In this document: piece by piece, positions 36,186-45,962 of the stretch
Numbering within the stretch: the first letter of the stretch is position 1
How the letters are laid out: every line of letters starts with the position of its first letter
Assembly (NCBI GenBank): GCA_021740045.1
Contig: JAIPAP010000003.1
Coordinates: 4,061 to 68,060, forward strand
Length of the DNA stretch: 64,000 nucleotides
DNA from: Bacteroidales bacterium
GTDB taxonomy: Bacteria; Bacteroidota; Bacteroidia; Bacteroidales; JAIPAP01
Reading direction: 5' to 3'
Notes under the pieces: generated by a model
The model's input: the letters and a program-made list of their open reading frames with translations, nothing else
What the model was told of the DNA's origin: nothing
Database searches by the model: none
Position numbers and translations under genes: made by a program

Positions 36186-37666
36186 TTATCCGCGAAACCA
36201 AAACCAATTGACGCCAACAGCACTTAGCGAAAATTATCGGGTTCCGAGAAGGGTTTCCAACCCCTTCAGGGATTTGAAACCCATGCGTTGCAATAATGGG
36301 TTTCTGTGGAGCGAGGTTTAAAATCCCTGAGCCTGCGCCTTTAGGCCAGTGGAAGGGTTGGAAACCTTAAGCCCCGCTAAGTGTCGAGCTGGCGTGGATT
36401 TGTAATCCACGCCATAAACCTGTGAGCAAATTACAAATAAGCGGATTACAAATCCGCTCAAGCAGGTAGCGGCTATCCAACACGAATAAACGTTTATAGC
36501 TCTTAGCGAAAATTCGCGGGTAATTCGCGAGGATTAGCGGACTACACCAGAGCTTACCACTAAATGGTTAGCTGGCGCGCGTTTAAAGCGAATTGCAGAA
36601 AAGAGGAGTAAATGCACTAACCCATCGGTTTGCAGCGGCTTAACGCGTGCCCGGTAAATCTCCTCGTCTGTAACTAGATTTTTTCAACCCCGCTATAACC
36701 TTCATGAATTGCATATTTCATGCTTCCCGCTGTTTTATCTCATCGCAGACGAGTGATATAGAAAGGCACGCGATGCAATCGCGCGCCAGCAGCCGGGTTG
36801 CAAGACTAAAAACAGTAAGGGTTTCCAACCCCTTCAGGGATTTGAAACCCATGCGTTGCAATAATGGGTTTATGAGGAGCGAGGTTTCAAATCCCTGAAC
36901 CTGCGCCTTTAGGCCGGGTGAAGGGTTGGAAACCTTAAGCCCCGTTAAGTGTCGAGCTGGCGTGGATTTGTAATCCATGCCATAAACCCCTGAGTGGATT
37001 ACAAATCCGCTCAAGCAGGTAGCGGCTATCCAACGCAAATAAACGTTAATAGCCTTAGCGAAAATTCGCGGATAATTCGCGGGGATTAGCGGACTACACC
37101 GGAACTTACTACTAAATGTTTAGCTGGCGGGCGTTTAAAGCGAATTGCACAAAAGATAAGTAAATGCACTAACCCATCGGTTGGCAGCGGCTTAACGCGT
37201 GCCCGGTATATTTTCTCGTTTGTAACGAGATTTTTTCAACCCCGCTATAACCTTCATGAATTGCATATTTCATGCTTCCCGCTGTTTTACCTCGTCACAG
37301 ACGAGTGATATAGAAAGGCACGCGATGAAATCGCGCGCCAGCAGCCGGGCTGCAAGACTAAAAACAGTAAGGGTTTCCAACCCCTTCGGGGGTTTGAAAC
37401 CCATGCGTTGCAATAATGGGTTTCTGTGGAGCGAGGTTTCAAATCCCTGAGCCTGCGCCTTTAGGCCGGGTGAGGGGTTGGAAACCTTAAGTCCTGCTAA
37501 ATGTCGAGCTGGCGTGGATTTGTAATCCACGCCATAAACCCGTGAGCGGATTACAAATTAAGCGGATTACAAATCCGCTCAAGCAAGTAGCGGCTATCCA
37601 ACGCAAATAAATGCTAATAGCCTTAGCGAAAATTAGCGGGTAATTCGCGAGAATTAGCAGACTACC
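36186..37666. repeat. Right array of the same 552-568 bp tandem repeat (2 full and 2 partial units)
   Basis: The anchor occurs at 36249, 36817 and 37369. The array ends 15 nt before the hutU stop codon. Confidence 0.95.
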
Positions 37667-37681
37667 ATATTCCGGAGATCC

Positions 37682-39688
37682 CTAAAACAACCCCTCCACT
37701 ACCTCATCATCGGCAATATTCGGCACAGTAACTTTCAAACGTGGTTCAGCTTCCATAGCCCGGTTAATGGCAAAGATGGCGCCGTTATTCCTTGCCCAGC
37801 TGCGGCGTGCAATGCCGTTGTTGACATCCCAGTAAATCATGCTTTCGATGCGGCGATCGGCTTCTTCGCTGCCATCCAGCAACATCCCGAAACCACCATT
37901 AATAACTTCACCCCAGCCTACACCACCACCATTATGGATGGATACCCAGGTAGCACCCCGGAATGAATCACCTATCACATTATGGATAGCCATATCGGCC
38001 GTAAAACTCGAACCGTCATAAATATTAGCCGTTTCGCGATAAGGCGAATCCGTACCGGAAACATCATGGTGGTCGCGGCCCAACACCACGGGGGCCGAAA
38101 TTTTCCCTTCCCGTATAGCCTTGTTAAACGCCAGGGCTATCCTTATACGTCCTTCGGCATCGGCATACAATATCCGGGCTTCCGAGCCAACCACCATCTT
38201 ATTTTCTTCGGCTGAGCGTATCCAATGCAGGTTATCATTCAGTTGCTGTTTGATCTCGACAGGGGCTTTCTGTGCCATTTCTTCCAGCACTTCGGCTGCA
38301 ATGCGGTCGGTGGTTTGCAGGTCGTTGTGATCGGAAGAAGTACACACCCAGCGGAAAGGCCCGAAACCAAAGTCGAAACACATGGGCCCCATAATATCTT
38401 CTACATAGGAGGGATATTTAAACGAGCCGTCCTGCTTCATGATATCGGCACCCGCCCGGCCGGCCTCCAACAGGAAGGCATTGCCGTAATCCCAGAAATA
38501 CATGCCATTTGCCGTCATTTTGTTGATGGCATTTACCTGCCGTTTCAGCGATTCATGCACCTTTTCCTTAAATTTATCCGGTTCATTGGCCATCATTTCA
38601 TTGGCTTGCTCAAAACTTAGCCCGGCCGGATAATAGCCGCCGGCATACGGATTATGCAAGGACGTTTGGTCGGAGCCCAGATCGATGTAAAAGTCTTCCT
38701 TCACCAGCTTTTCCCATAGATCAACAATGTTGCCCTGGTAGGCCAGCGAAACCGCTTCTTTTTGATCGCGTGCTTCTTTCATCCGGGCAAAAAGCTGATC
38801 GAGGTCTTCATAGACTTCATCTACCCAAGCCTGTTCATGACGCTTTCTGGTAGCGGCAGGGTTTACCTCGGCAACCACGCCAATGGCGCCGGCAATAACC
38901 GAGGCTTTTGCCTGTGCACCCGACATTCCTCCTAAACCGGAAGTCACGTATATCTTTCCCGAAAGGTCATCGGAGCCTTTTTCCTGCATACGGCCTGCAT
39001 TTAGCACGGTAATGGTGGTGCCATGCACAATTCCCTGCGGACCAATGTACATAAAGGAACCGGCAGTCATTTGCCCGTATTGGGAAACGCCCAGGGCATT
39101 AAATTTTTCCCAGTGATCGGGTTTGGAATAATTGGGGATGACCATGCCATTAGTCACCACCACTCTTGGTGCTTCTTTATGCGATGGGAATAATCCCATC
39201 GGATGCCCTGAATACAACACCAGGGTTTGTTCCTCGGTCATTTCGGCCAGGTACTTCATGGTAAGGCGGTATTGGGCCCAGTTTTGAAAAACGGCGCCAT
39301 TGCCGCCATAAGTGATCAGTTCATGTGGATGCTGGGCCACTGCCGTATCGAGGTTATTGCTCAGCATCAGCATGATGGCTGCCGCTTGTTTGGATTGATG
39401 GGGGAAATCATCTATTTTTCTGGCAGAGATGGGATAATCGGGCCTGAAACGGTACATATAAATACGTCCGTACTTTTTCAGCTCTTCGGCAAATTCCGGG
39501 GCCAGCTCGCCATGATGCTTTTTGGGAAAATAGCGTAAGGCATTCCTAATCGCCAGTTTCTTTTCTTCTTTGTTCAATATATCTTTCCGTTTGGGCGCAT
39601 GATTGATGTTTTCATCATAGGGTTTCGGCGCCGGCAACTCATCCGGTATTCCTGCTAAAATCGACTGTTGAAATGCTTTTAAGTCCAT
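37682..39688 (-). CDS. hutU: Urocanate hydratase
   Basis: 668 aa with full-length urocanase similarity (GGMSGAQ, TSLHNPYAGGYYP, GRDHHDVSGTDSPYRET). Confidence 0.95.
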   Translation of the reverse strand: MDLKAFQQSILAGIPDELPAPKPYDENINHAPKRKDILNKEEKKLAIRNALRYFPKKHHGELAPEFAEELKKYGRIYMYRFRPDYPISARKIDDFPHQSKQAAAIMLMLSNNLDTAVAQHPHELITYGGNGAVFQNWAQYRLTMKYLAEMTEEQTLVLYSGHPMGLFPSHKEAPRVVVTNGMVIPNYSKPDHWEKFNALGVSQYGQMTAGSFMYIGPQGIVHGTTITVLNAGRMQEKGSDDLSGKIYVTSGLGGMSGAQAKASVIAGAIGVVAEVNPAATRKRHEQAWVDEVYEDLDQLFARMKEARDQKEAVSLAYQGNIVDLWEKLVKEDFYIDLGSDQTSLHNPYAGGYYPAGLSFEQANEMMANEPDKFKEKVHESLKRQVNAINKMTANGMYFWDYGNAFLLEAGRAGADIMKQDGSFKYPSYVEDIMGPMCFDFGFGPFRWVCTSSDHNDLQTTDRIAAEVLEEMAQKAPVEIKQQLNDNLHWIRSAEENKMVVGSEARILYADAEGRIRIALAFNKAIREGKISAPVVLGRDHHDVSGTDSPYRETANIYDGSSFTADMAIHNVIGDSFRGATWVSIHNGGGVGWGEVINGGFGMLLDGSEEADRRIESMIYWDVNNGIARRSWARNNGAIFAINRAMEAEPRLKVTVPNIADDEVVEGLF

Positions 39689-39819
39689 GCTTTCCTTAAT
39701 TTATTGTTCGTATTCAAAATGGGGTATAAAATTACAGCTTTTTAAAGAATTAAATGGAGAAGACCCAGGCAAATGGATTTCCATTTCAGCAGGCCGAAAA
39801 TTTAGTTAATTTTGCATGA

Positions 39820-41052
39820 GTGATTAAGAAACAGGAAAAGAAGATTTACAATCAAAAAGATTCTCGATTGCAAATAATTGAAGTTAACGATAAGAAGACG
39901 AGGAAGGAATTTCTAATGCTTCCGGTAAGGCTTTACAAGGATGATGAAAACTTTATTCGTCCCTTGGATAAAGATATCGAGTCGGTATTTGATCCCAAAA
40001 AGAATAAGAAATTCCGTCATGGGGAAGCCATAAGGTGGTTATTATTAAATGATGAAGGTAAAACCATAGGCAGGGTGGCCGCTTTCATCGACCGCAAAAC
40101 GGCCGAAAAAAATGATCAGCCCACAGGAGGTATGGGATTTTTTGAATGTGTTAACGATCAGGAGGCTGCTTTCAAATTGTTCGATCAGTGCAAGGCGTGG
40201 CTTGAGGAAAGAGGAATGGAAGCTATGGATGGCCCTGTTAACTTCGGGGAACGTGACCGTTGGTGGGGCTTATTGTTCGACGGCTTTTATGAACCCAATT
40301 ATTGCATGCCCTATAACTTCGGCTATTACAAAGACCTTTTCGAAGCCTATGGATTCAAGATTTATTTTAAACAATATACTTATCACCGCAAGGTAAAAAC
40401 CGGTGGCATCAGCGATATCATCCGTGAAAAAGCCGACCGCGTAGCGCAAAACCCCAAATATCACTTTGAGCACAGCCGGAAGAGAAACCTCGATAAATAC
40501 ACACAAGATTTTCAGTCTATCTATAATGAAGCCTGGGGCAGCGTTCCAGGCGTTTCTAAGATGAGTAGCATACAAGCCAAAGCGCTCATGAAGCAAATGA
40601 AACCCATCATCGATGAAAAACTGCTTTGGTTCGCTTATTACGAGGATAAACCCATTGCCTTTTACCTCATGCTTCCCGAGATCAACCAGGTGATCAAACA
40701 CATGAACGGCAAGATGGACCTGTATGGCAAGCTGTTATTCCTTTATTACAAATGGGCCAAAAAGATCGATAAAGCTTTTGGATTGATCTTTGGCGTGGTA
40801 CCCGAGCACCAGGGCAAAGGTGTTGAAGGCGCTATTGTGATGGCCTTTTCGAAAGTTGCCTGGGCACCGGGCTTTCCATATGAAGATTTTGAAATGAACT
40901 GGATAGGCGATTTCAATCCGGCCATGATGCGCGTAGCCCAGCAGGTAGGCGGCAAAATCCGCAAAACCCATCACACCTACCGCAAACTTTTCGACGAAAC
41001 CAGGGAGTTTAAGCGAGCACCGGTCATGGGACGGCAAAAGCGGAAGAAGTAA
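39820..41052 (+). CDS. GNAT-like N-acetyltransferase family protein (about 400 aa Bacteroidota family)
   Basis: Conserved-looking N-terminus LQIIEVNDKKTRKEFLMLPVRLYKDD. The start is uncertain: GTG 39820 lies only 6 nt after a TAATTTTG (-7-like) box at 39807-39814, so TTG 39868 is an alternative. Confidence 0.55.
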   Translation: MIKKQEKKIYNQKDSRLQIIEVNDKKTRKEFLMLPVRLYKDDENFIRPLDKDIESVFDPKKNKKFRHGEAIRWLLLNDEGKTIGRVAAFIDRKTAEKNDQPTGGMGFFECVNDQEAAFKLFDQCKAWLEERGMEAMDGPVNFGERDRWWGLLFDGFYEPNYCMPYNFGYYKDLFEAYGFKIYFKQYTYHRKVKTGGISDIIREKADRVAQNPKYHFEHSRKRNLDKYTQDFQSIYNEAWGSVPGVSKMSSIQAKALMKQMKPIIDEKLLWFAYYEDKPIAFYLMLPEINQVIKHMNGKMDLYGKLLFLYYKWAKKIDKAFGLIFGVVPEHQGKGVEGAIVMAFSKVAWAPGFPYEDFEMNWIGDFNPAMMRVAQQVGGKIRKTHHTYRKLFDETREFKRAPVMGRQKRKK

Positions 41053-41130
41053 GCCAACATACGACGATGCGGCTTTTCATGAAGCCGGGCAAGATTGTTC
41101 CTGGTTAGGTGTTTCAATGTGTATATGGAA

Positions 41131-41432
41131 TGATTGGTTGATTGGTTGATTGGTTGATTGATTGAATGAGAACCGCTCAATCCATCAGTCCCTCAATCCT
41201 TCAACCCTTCAATCCTTCAACCCTTCAATCCTTCAATCCTTCAATCCTTCAATCCTTCAATCCATCAATCCATCAGTCATTCAATCCTTCAATCCATCAG
41301 TCATTCAATCCATCAGTCCATCAATCCATCAATCCATCAATCCATCAGTCCATCAGTCCATCAGTCCATCAATCCATCAATCCATCAGTCCATCAATCCA
41401 TCAGTCCTTCAATCCTTCAGTTCATCAATCCC
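41131..41432. repeat. Octanucleotide tandem repeat: 5 units of TGATTGGT type, then 32 units of TCAATCCN/TCAGTCCA type
   Basis: Counted directly. 41177-41432 holds 32 x 8 nt. 41131-41170 holds 5 units of roughly the inverse-orientation motif. Confidence 0.95.
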
Positions 41433-41555
41433 TTTATATGCCATTTACACAAACAGTCGCAACCCCAATATACCAGACCACTCCACAGCCGGATAAACAA
41501 CTCACCCGGCTGTGGTGTTAAATATCTGGATGTTGAATATGAAAAGAAGGAGAAC

Positions 41556-42548
41556 ATGATGGAAACAACAAAGCTGCACAATTTACCGGTTAAAGCTTCC
41601 CGCATTGGTTTAGGCACCTGGGCCATCGGGGGCTGGATGTGGGGTGGAACCGATGAACGGGAATCCATAAAAACCATCCATGCCGCATTGGATAAGGGTG
41701 TAAACCTTATCGATACAGCCCCGGTTTATGGATTCGGAACCTCGGAAAAAATTGTAGGCAAAGCATTAGCTGAATACGGCAAACGCGAAGATATTGTGCT
41801 GGTAACCAAGGTTGCCCTCGATTGGAAAGAAGGAAAACCTTTTCGCAATGCTTCCAAAGAGCGCATTTTTAAAGAGATAGACGATTCTCTCAAGCGTTTG
41901 CAAACCGATTACATCGATGTTTACATGATCCACTGGCCCGATCCGGTTACGCCCTTTGCGGAAACGGCCGAAGCCATGAAACAGCTTATGGACAAGGGTA
42001 AGATCAAGTCTATTGCAGTGAGTAATTATGCCACCGATCAGATGGATGAATTTAAAAAAGCCGCTCCGCTGCATGTACTCGAGCCGCCTTATAATATGTT
42101 TGAACGCGGTATTGAGGACAAGATCATGCCTTATTGCGACGTGAATGATATCAAGATATTGGCATACGGAGCACTATGCCGCGGCTTGCTGAGCGGTAAG
42201 ATGCAACCCGGTCAGACGTTTTATGGTGATGATTTGCGCAACGTAGATCCCAAATTCCAACAAGATCGCTTCCCGATGTACCTGGATGCAGTGGATAAGC
42301 TGGACAAATTTGCCCGGGAAAACTACAACAAAAGCGTTCTTCACCTTGCTGTCCGCTGGATGCTCGATAAAGGTGTTGATGTGGCGCTTTGGGGAGGACG
42401 CCGCCCCGACCAAATGGACTCCATTGATGACATAATGGGTTGGCATATTGATGAAAGCGCCATGATAGAAATCGATAACATCATTAATAGCGCCATAACC
42501 AATCCCGTTGGGCCGGAGTTTATGGCGCCGCCCTCGCGTAAGGGTTAA
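41556..42548 (+). CDS. Aldo/keto reductase
   Basis: Start moved to ATG 41556 (MMETTKLHNLPVKASRIGLGTWAIGG, typical AKR N-terminus). The track's upstream 130 codons translate the octamer repeat. Confidence 0.9.
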   Translation: MMETTKLHNLPVKASRIGLGTWAIGGWMWGGTDERESIKTIHAALDKGVNLIDTAPVYGFGTSEKIVGKALAEYGKREDIVLVTKVALDWKEGKPFRNASKERIFKEIDDSLKRLQTDYIDVYMIHWPDPVTPFAETAEAMKQLMDKGKIKSIAVSNYATDQMDEFKKAAPLHVLEPPYNMFERGIEDKIMPYCDVNDIKILAYGALCRGLLSGKMQPGQTFYGDDLRNVDPKFQQDRFPMYLDAVDKLDKFARENYNKSVLHLAVRWMLDKGVDVALWGGRRPDQMDSIDDIMGWHIDESAMIEIDNIINSAITNPVGPEFMAPPSRKG

Positions 42549-42575
42549 AAAATAATTTATTGAATCTGTTACCTT

Positions 42576-42601
42576 AAGGCCTTTCGTATGGAAGGCCTTT
42601 T
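42576..42601 (+). terminator. Intrinsic terminator candidate
   Basis: AAGGCCTT-TCGTATGG-AAGGCCTT followed by TT. Confidence 0.55.
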
Positions 42602-42614
42602 AAAGTATGATTGA

Positions 42615-43211
42615 ATGAAGGAATTTTGGGATCAACGGTACAACACCAATGAATACGTTTACGGAAAAGAGCCCGATGCGTATTTTGAAAAGCTCATCAC
42701 TGAGATGAAACCCGGGAAAGTCTTGTTACCGGGCGAAGGTGAAGGCCGCCATGCCGTATTTGCTGCAAAACACGGTTGGGATGTCACGGCATTCGACTAT
42801 AGTGATCAGGCAAGGGAGAAAGCCCTGAAGCTGGCAGTAGAAAAAGGGGTTTCAATTAACTACTATGTCGGAGAGCTGGAACATATGGCTTTGCCCCATG
42901 ATCACTTTGACCTGATCGCCTTGTTTTACCTTCACCTGCCATCGGACAACAGGCGGGTTTTTCACGGTAAACTTCAACAACATATGGCTCCCGGTGGAAT
43001 GCTTTTGTTAAAAGCCTTTTCGAAAGCCCAGATCAAAAATGCTTCCGGCGGCCCCAAAAACCCCGACATGCTTTATGACCCCCGTGATTTGCAAAACGAC
43101 TTTGATGAATTGATGATCCATGAATTATCTGAACAAACGATAAACCTTCAAGAGGGCCCTTATCATCAAGGAAAAGCGGAGGTCATTTACCTTTTGGGAG
43201 AAAAGAAATAA
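42615..43211 (+). CDS. Class I SAM-dependent methyltransferase
   Basis: Motif I-like VLLPGEGEGRHAVFAAKHGWDVTAFDYS. 198 aa. Confidence 0.8.
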   Translation: MKEFWDQRYNTNEYVYGKEPDAYFEKLITEMKPGKVLLPGEGEGRHAVFAAKHGWDVTAFDYSDQAREKALKLAVEKGVSINYYVGELEHMALPHDHFDLIALFYLHLPSDNRRVFHGKLQQHMAPGGMLLLKAFSKAQIKNASGGPKNPDMLYDPRDLQNDFDELMIHELSEQTINLQEGPYHQGKAEVIYLLGEKK

Positions 43212-43302
43212 TGCTTGAAATAAAATTGGAGTTTTCATTTAAAACAACAAACTTTGATCTCCATACAATAAGCTGTACCTTTGCAGTATTATATAATTGA
43301 TT

Positions 43303-44007
43303 ATGGTTGAGGTTTTTGCCCTAAGTATTATGGATGACAGATCCTTTTTGGAACAAAAAAGCCGGCTCATGGTTTTTCTTCCGAAAGCAGGAAAGGAAAA
43401 GGTAAACAGCTTTGTTCAGACCAGGGATGCCCAACGAACTTTATGGGGTGAGCTTATGCTGAGGAGCATATTATCGCAAAAGCATGAAATACCGCATCAG
43501 GAGATATCTTTTGAAAAAACCGGGAATGGCAAGCCAACCGCATCACCGGGGCATATTATGCATTTTAATATTTCGCATTCCGGAAATTGGGTAACCTGCG
43601 CTATTGCTAAAAAACAAGTAGGCATCGATGTGGAAAAAATAAAGTCGGTGCCCCTGCGGCTGGCCAAACGTTTTTTCTCGCCCGATGAATACCATACCCT
43701 GGTGAGCCTCCCGGAAGATAAACAGAAGGAGTATTTTTTCGATCTCTGGACCCTGAAAGAAAGCTATGTTAAAGCATTGGGAACGGGATTACGAATGGGC
43801 ATGCAATCCTTCACCATTCACAATAATGAAGGTAATTATATGGTCCATGTTGCCGGGCAACACGAAGACCTTTTTTTCAGGCAATACCATATCGATTTAG
43901 GATACAAACTTGCTGTATGCAGTGAGGAGGAGGTATTTACCGAAGAAGTCACGGTACTTACTCCGGAACAAATAATTGAGAATCTTTCAGAAATGGAGGA
44001 GATGTAA
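43303..44007 (+). CDS. 4'-phosphopantetheinyl transferase (Sfp type)
   Basis: GIDVEKI and FDLWTLKESYVKALG motifs. ATG 43303 is preferred over TTG 43297. Confidence 0.8.
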   Translation: MVEVFALSIMDDRSFLEQKSRLMVFLPKAGKEKVNSFVQTRDAQRTLWGELMLRSILSQKHEIPHQEISFEKTGNGKPTASPGHIMHFNISHSGNWVTCAIAKKQVGIDVEKIKSVPLRLAKRFFSPDEYHTLVSLPEDKQKEYFFDLWTLKESYVKALGTGLRMGMQSFTIHNNEGNYMVHVAGQHEDLFFRQYHIDLGYKLAVCSEEEVFTEEVTVLTPEQIIENLSEMEEM

Positions 44008-44009
44008 TT

Positions 44010-44936
44010 ATGGATAAAGATGTTGCCCTTGTATTGTCGAGCGGTGGAGCCCGCGGAATGGCCCACATCGGTGTGATCGAAGAGCTGGAAAGCCGTGGAT
44101 ATACTATACGCTCCATTGCAGGAAGTTCAATGGGAGCAATAGTTGGTGGGATTTATGCCTCCGGAAACCTGGAGGAATTTAAGAAATGGCTCCTGGGCAT
44201 GGGAAAGCTCGACATTGTTAAGTTGATGGATTTTGCCATCAACCGTAAAGGTATGATCAAAGGCGAAAAAGTATTTAACGAAATTGCCAAATTCATCAGC
44301 TCTTCCAATATTGAAGACCTAAGCATTCCTTTTGTGGCTGTGGCTACCGATATTCGCAACCAGGAAGAGGTTGTATTTCGGAACGGTAAGCTGTTAACGG
44401 CCTTGCGGGCTTCATCAGCAATTCCTTCATTTATTTTGCCCCTTAAATATAAAGGGCTGGACCTGGTCGATGGCGGGATCCTCAACCCCTTCCCTATTAA
44501 CCACGCCATCAGGAATGAAAATGAAAAGGTGGTGGCGGTGAATGTAAATGCCCATATACCCTATGAGGTACCACCCATCAAGGACCTAAAAAGAGAAAAG
44601 ACCGGAAACTACCTGAAAGCAATTAGCATGATCAATGAAAAATGGACGCAGTTTTTCAACAATAACAATCTTCAGCACAAAAAAGAATATCATGAAGAGG
44701 AAGATCAGCACTCCAAGCCACTGGGTTTTTTCGATATTATCACCAACTCATTCGCCACTATGCAATACCGCCTGGCACAAATCGCCATTAAAAACTACAA
44801 GCCTGATGTATTGGTCAATGTTTCGAGATATTCCTGTGAATTACTTGAATTTTACAGGAGTCAGGAATTGATAGAAGCTGGCAGAATAGCTACCCGCAAG
44901 GCGCTGGATAAGGAAGAAAAAAAGCTCTCGGCATAA
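44010..44936 (+). CDS. Patatin-like phospholipase
   Basis: GGARGMAHIGV oxyanion motif, GSSMG nucleophile elbow and DGG. Confidence 0.85.
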   Translation: MDKDVALVLSSGGARGMAHIGVIEELESRGYTIRSIAGSSMGAIVGGIYASGNLEEFKKWLLGMGKLDIVKLMDFAINRKGMIKGEKVFNEIAKFISSSNIEDLSIPFVAVATDIRNQEEVVFRNGKLLTALRASSAIPSFILPLKYKGLDLVDGGILNPFPINHAIRNENEKVVAVNVNAHIPYEVPPIKDLKREKTGNYLKAISMINEKWTQFFNNNNLQHKKEYHEEEDQHSKPLGFFDIITNSFATMQYRLAQIAIKNYKPDVLVNVSRYSCELLEFYRSQELIEAGRIATRKALDKEEKKLSA

Positions 44937-44968
44937 TGGTCGTCACGCTATAAAGCCATCATCACAAA

Positions 44969-45831
44969 TCACTGCTTTATTACAACCACCAGGTAGCGGC
45001 TGGCACTCCAGAAATCCTCCGGGTTGTCGATAATGAGCTTTTCGGTTTGATCCTCACCCTCAAAATGGAAAGTATTTTCAGGATGTGGTGTTACCAATTC
45101 GGCTTTACGGACATTCAGCTCCAATTCCTGCATCTTGGTCTTATCGGCAGCCGTAAAATAAGAAAGATCGAGGCTATCGCTCAGGGTTTCCGAGCGTCCT
45201 ATACCCAGAATACCGCCTTCGCGATCGATCACATTGTTTTCCTCAAGTTTTTTTTGGTTCCATATGCGTAATACACCTTGTTCAGCTTATCGATTTGTTC
45301 ATTGATGATCTTATCCTTATATGTGTTCTGCTCCTTAAGATAATCCACCCGGGCATTCAGGTCATCAACCTTAATATTCAGCTTGCCAAGCTTTTTCTTT
45401 AACTCAACAATTTCGGCTTCTTTTTCGTGCAGCTGATCACGGATTAAATTAAGCATCCGGCGAACCTTGCTGTTCTGATATTTACTCTTCTTCAATTGCT
45501 GCTCCAGTGATTCGATGGTATTGCGGTTTTGCTCCATCAGGGAATTGATGATGGAAATGCTGCGGTTAATACGGTTTCTTGCATCTTCGGCCAGTTCTTT
45601 GTTCCCCGAAGTAGAGCGGGTGATCACATTTTCTTTGGCCCGGATGGTGGCCAGGTTTTCTTCGATATTATTAAATGAGGAGGCCATCATGTTGATCACC
45701 GAATCCTGCGTTTCCGTCCGCGCCTTCAGCATTTGGTTTTGCTGTTTCAACTCTTCAAGCTTCTTTTTATCGCCTGATTGTCCGCATGCCACAAATAAGG
45801 GAATCAATAACAAGAAAATATATCGGTACAT
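44969..45831 (-). pseudogene. Coiled-coil lipoprotein gene interrupted by a frameshift in an A8 tract (or a sequencing error)
   Basis: ORFs 45229..45831 (lipobox LFVACG) and 44969..45232 join into one frame if the A8 run (T8 on the plus strand, 45248-45255) gains 1 nt or loses 2 nt. The joined sequence reads ...YAYGTKKKLEENNVIDREGGILGIGRS... Confidence 0.6.
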
Positions 45832-45962
45832 AAGCTTTTATTTTGATTTACTTTTAAACGCTTGAACAACCTGATTATGATAATTTCAACCTACTTGGCA
45901 CCGGAGCTTCTCGCTATATAAATCACAGCCCTTTTACCCATCCCTCAAAATGCTTGCATCTC

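Noticed and set aside
31649-37500. CRISPR array. GTTTCAAATCCCT and GGTTGGAAACC resemble CRISPR repeat ends.
   Set aside because: The sequences between the motif copies are themselves conserved from unit to unit, so there are no unique spacers. The motif alternates in orientation. The period is about 550 bp. No cas genes are present.
41166-41555. 130-codon N-terminal extension of the aldo/keto reductase, and ORF 41162..41521 (SFNPSILQ-type repeat protein)
   Set aside because: This is a pure translation of the 8-nt microsatellite, which is open in all three frames. The AKR family N-terminus (…RIGLGTWAIGG) begins right after ATG 41556.
39689-44936. GNAT - AKR - methyltransferase - Sfp-type PPTase - patatin gene string, considered as a possible biosynthetic cluster
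   Set aside because: No carrier protein, PKS, NRPS or fatty-acid synthase partner is present. The genes are separated by terminator-like or repeat-filled gaps. Co-function cannot be supported from the sequence alone.
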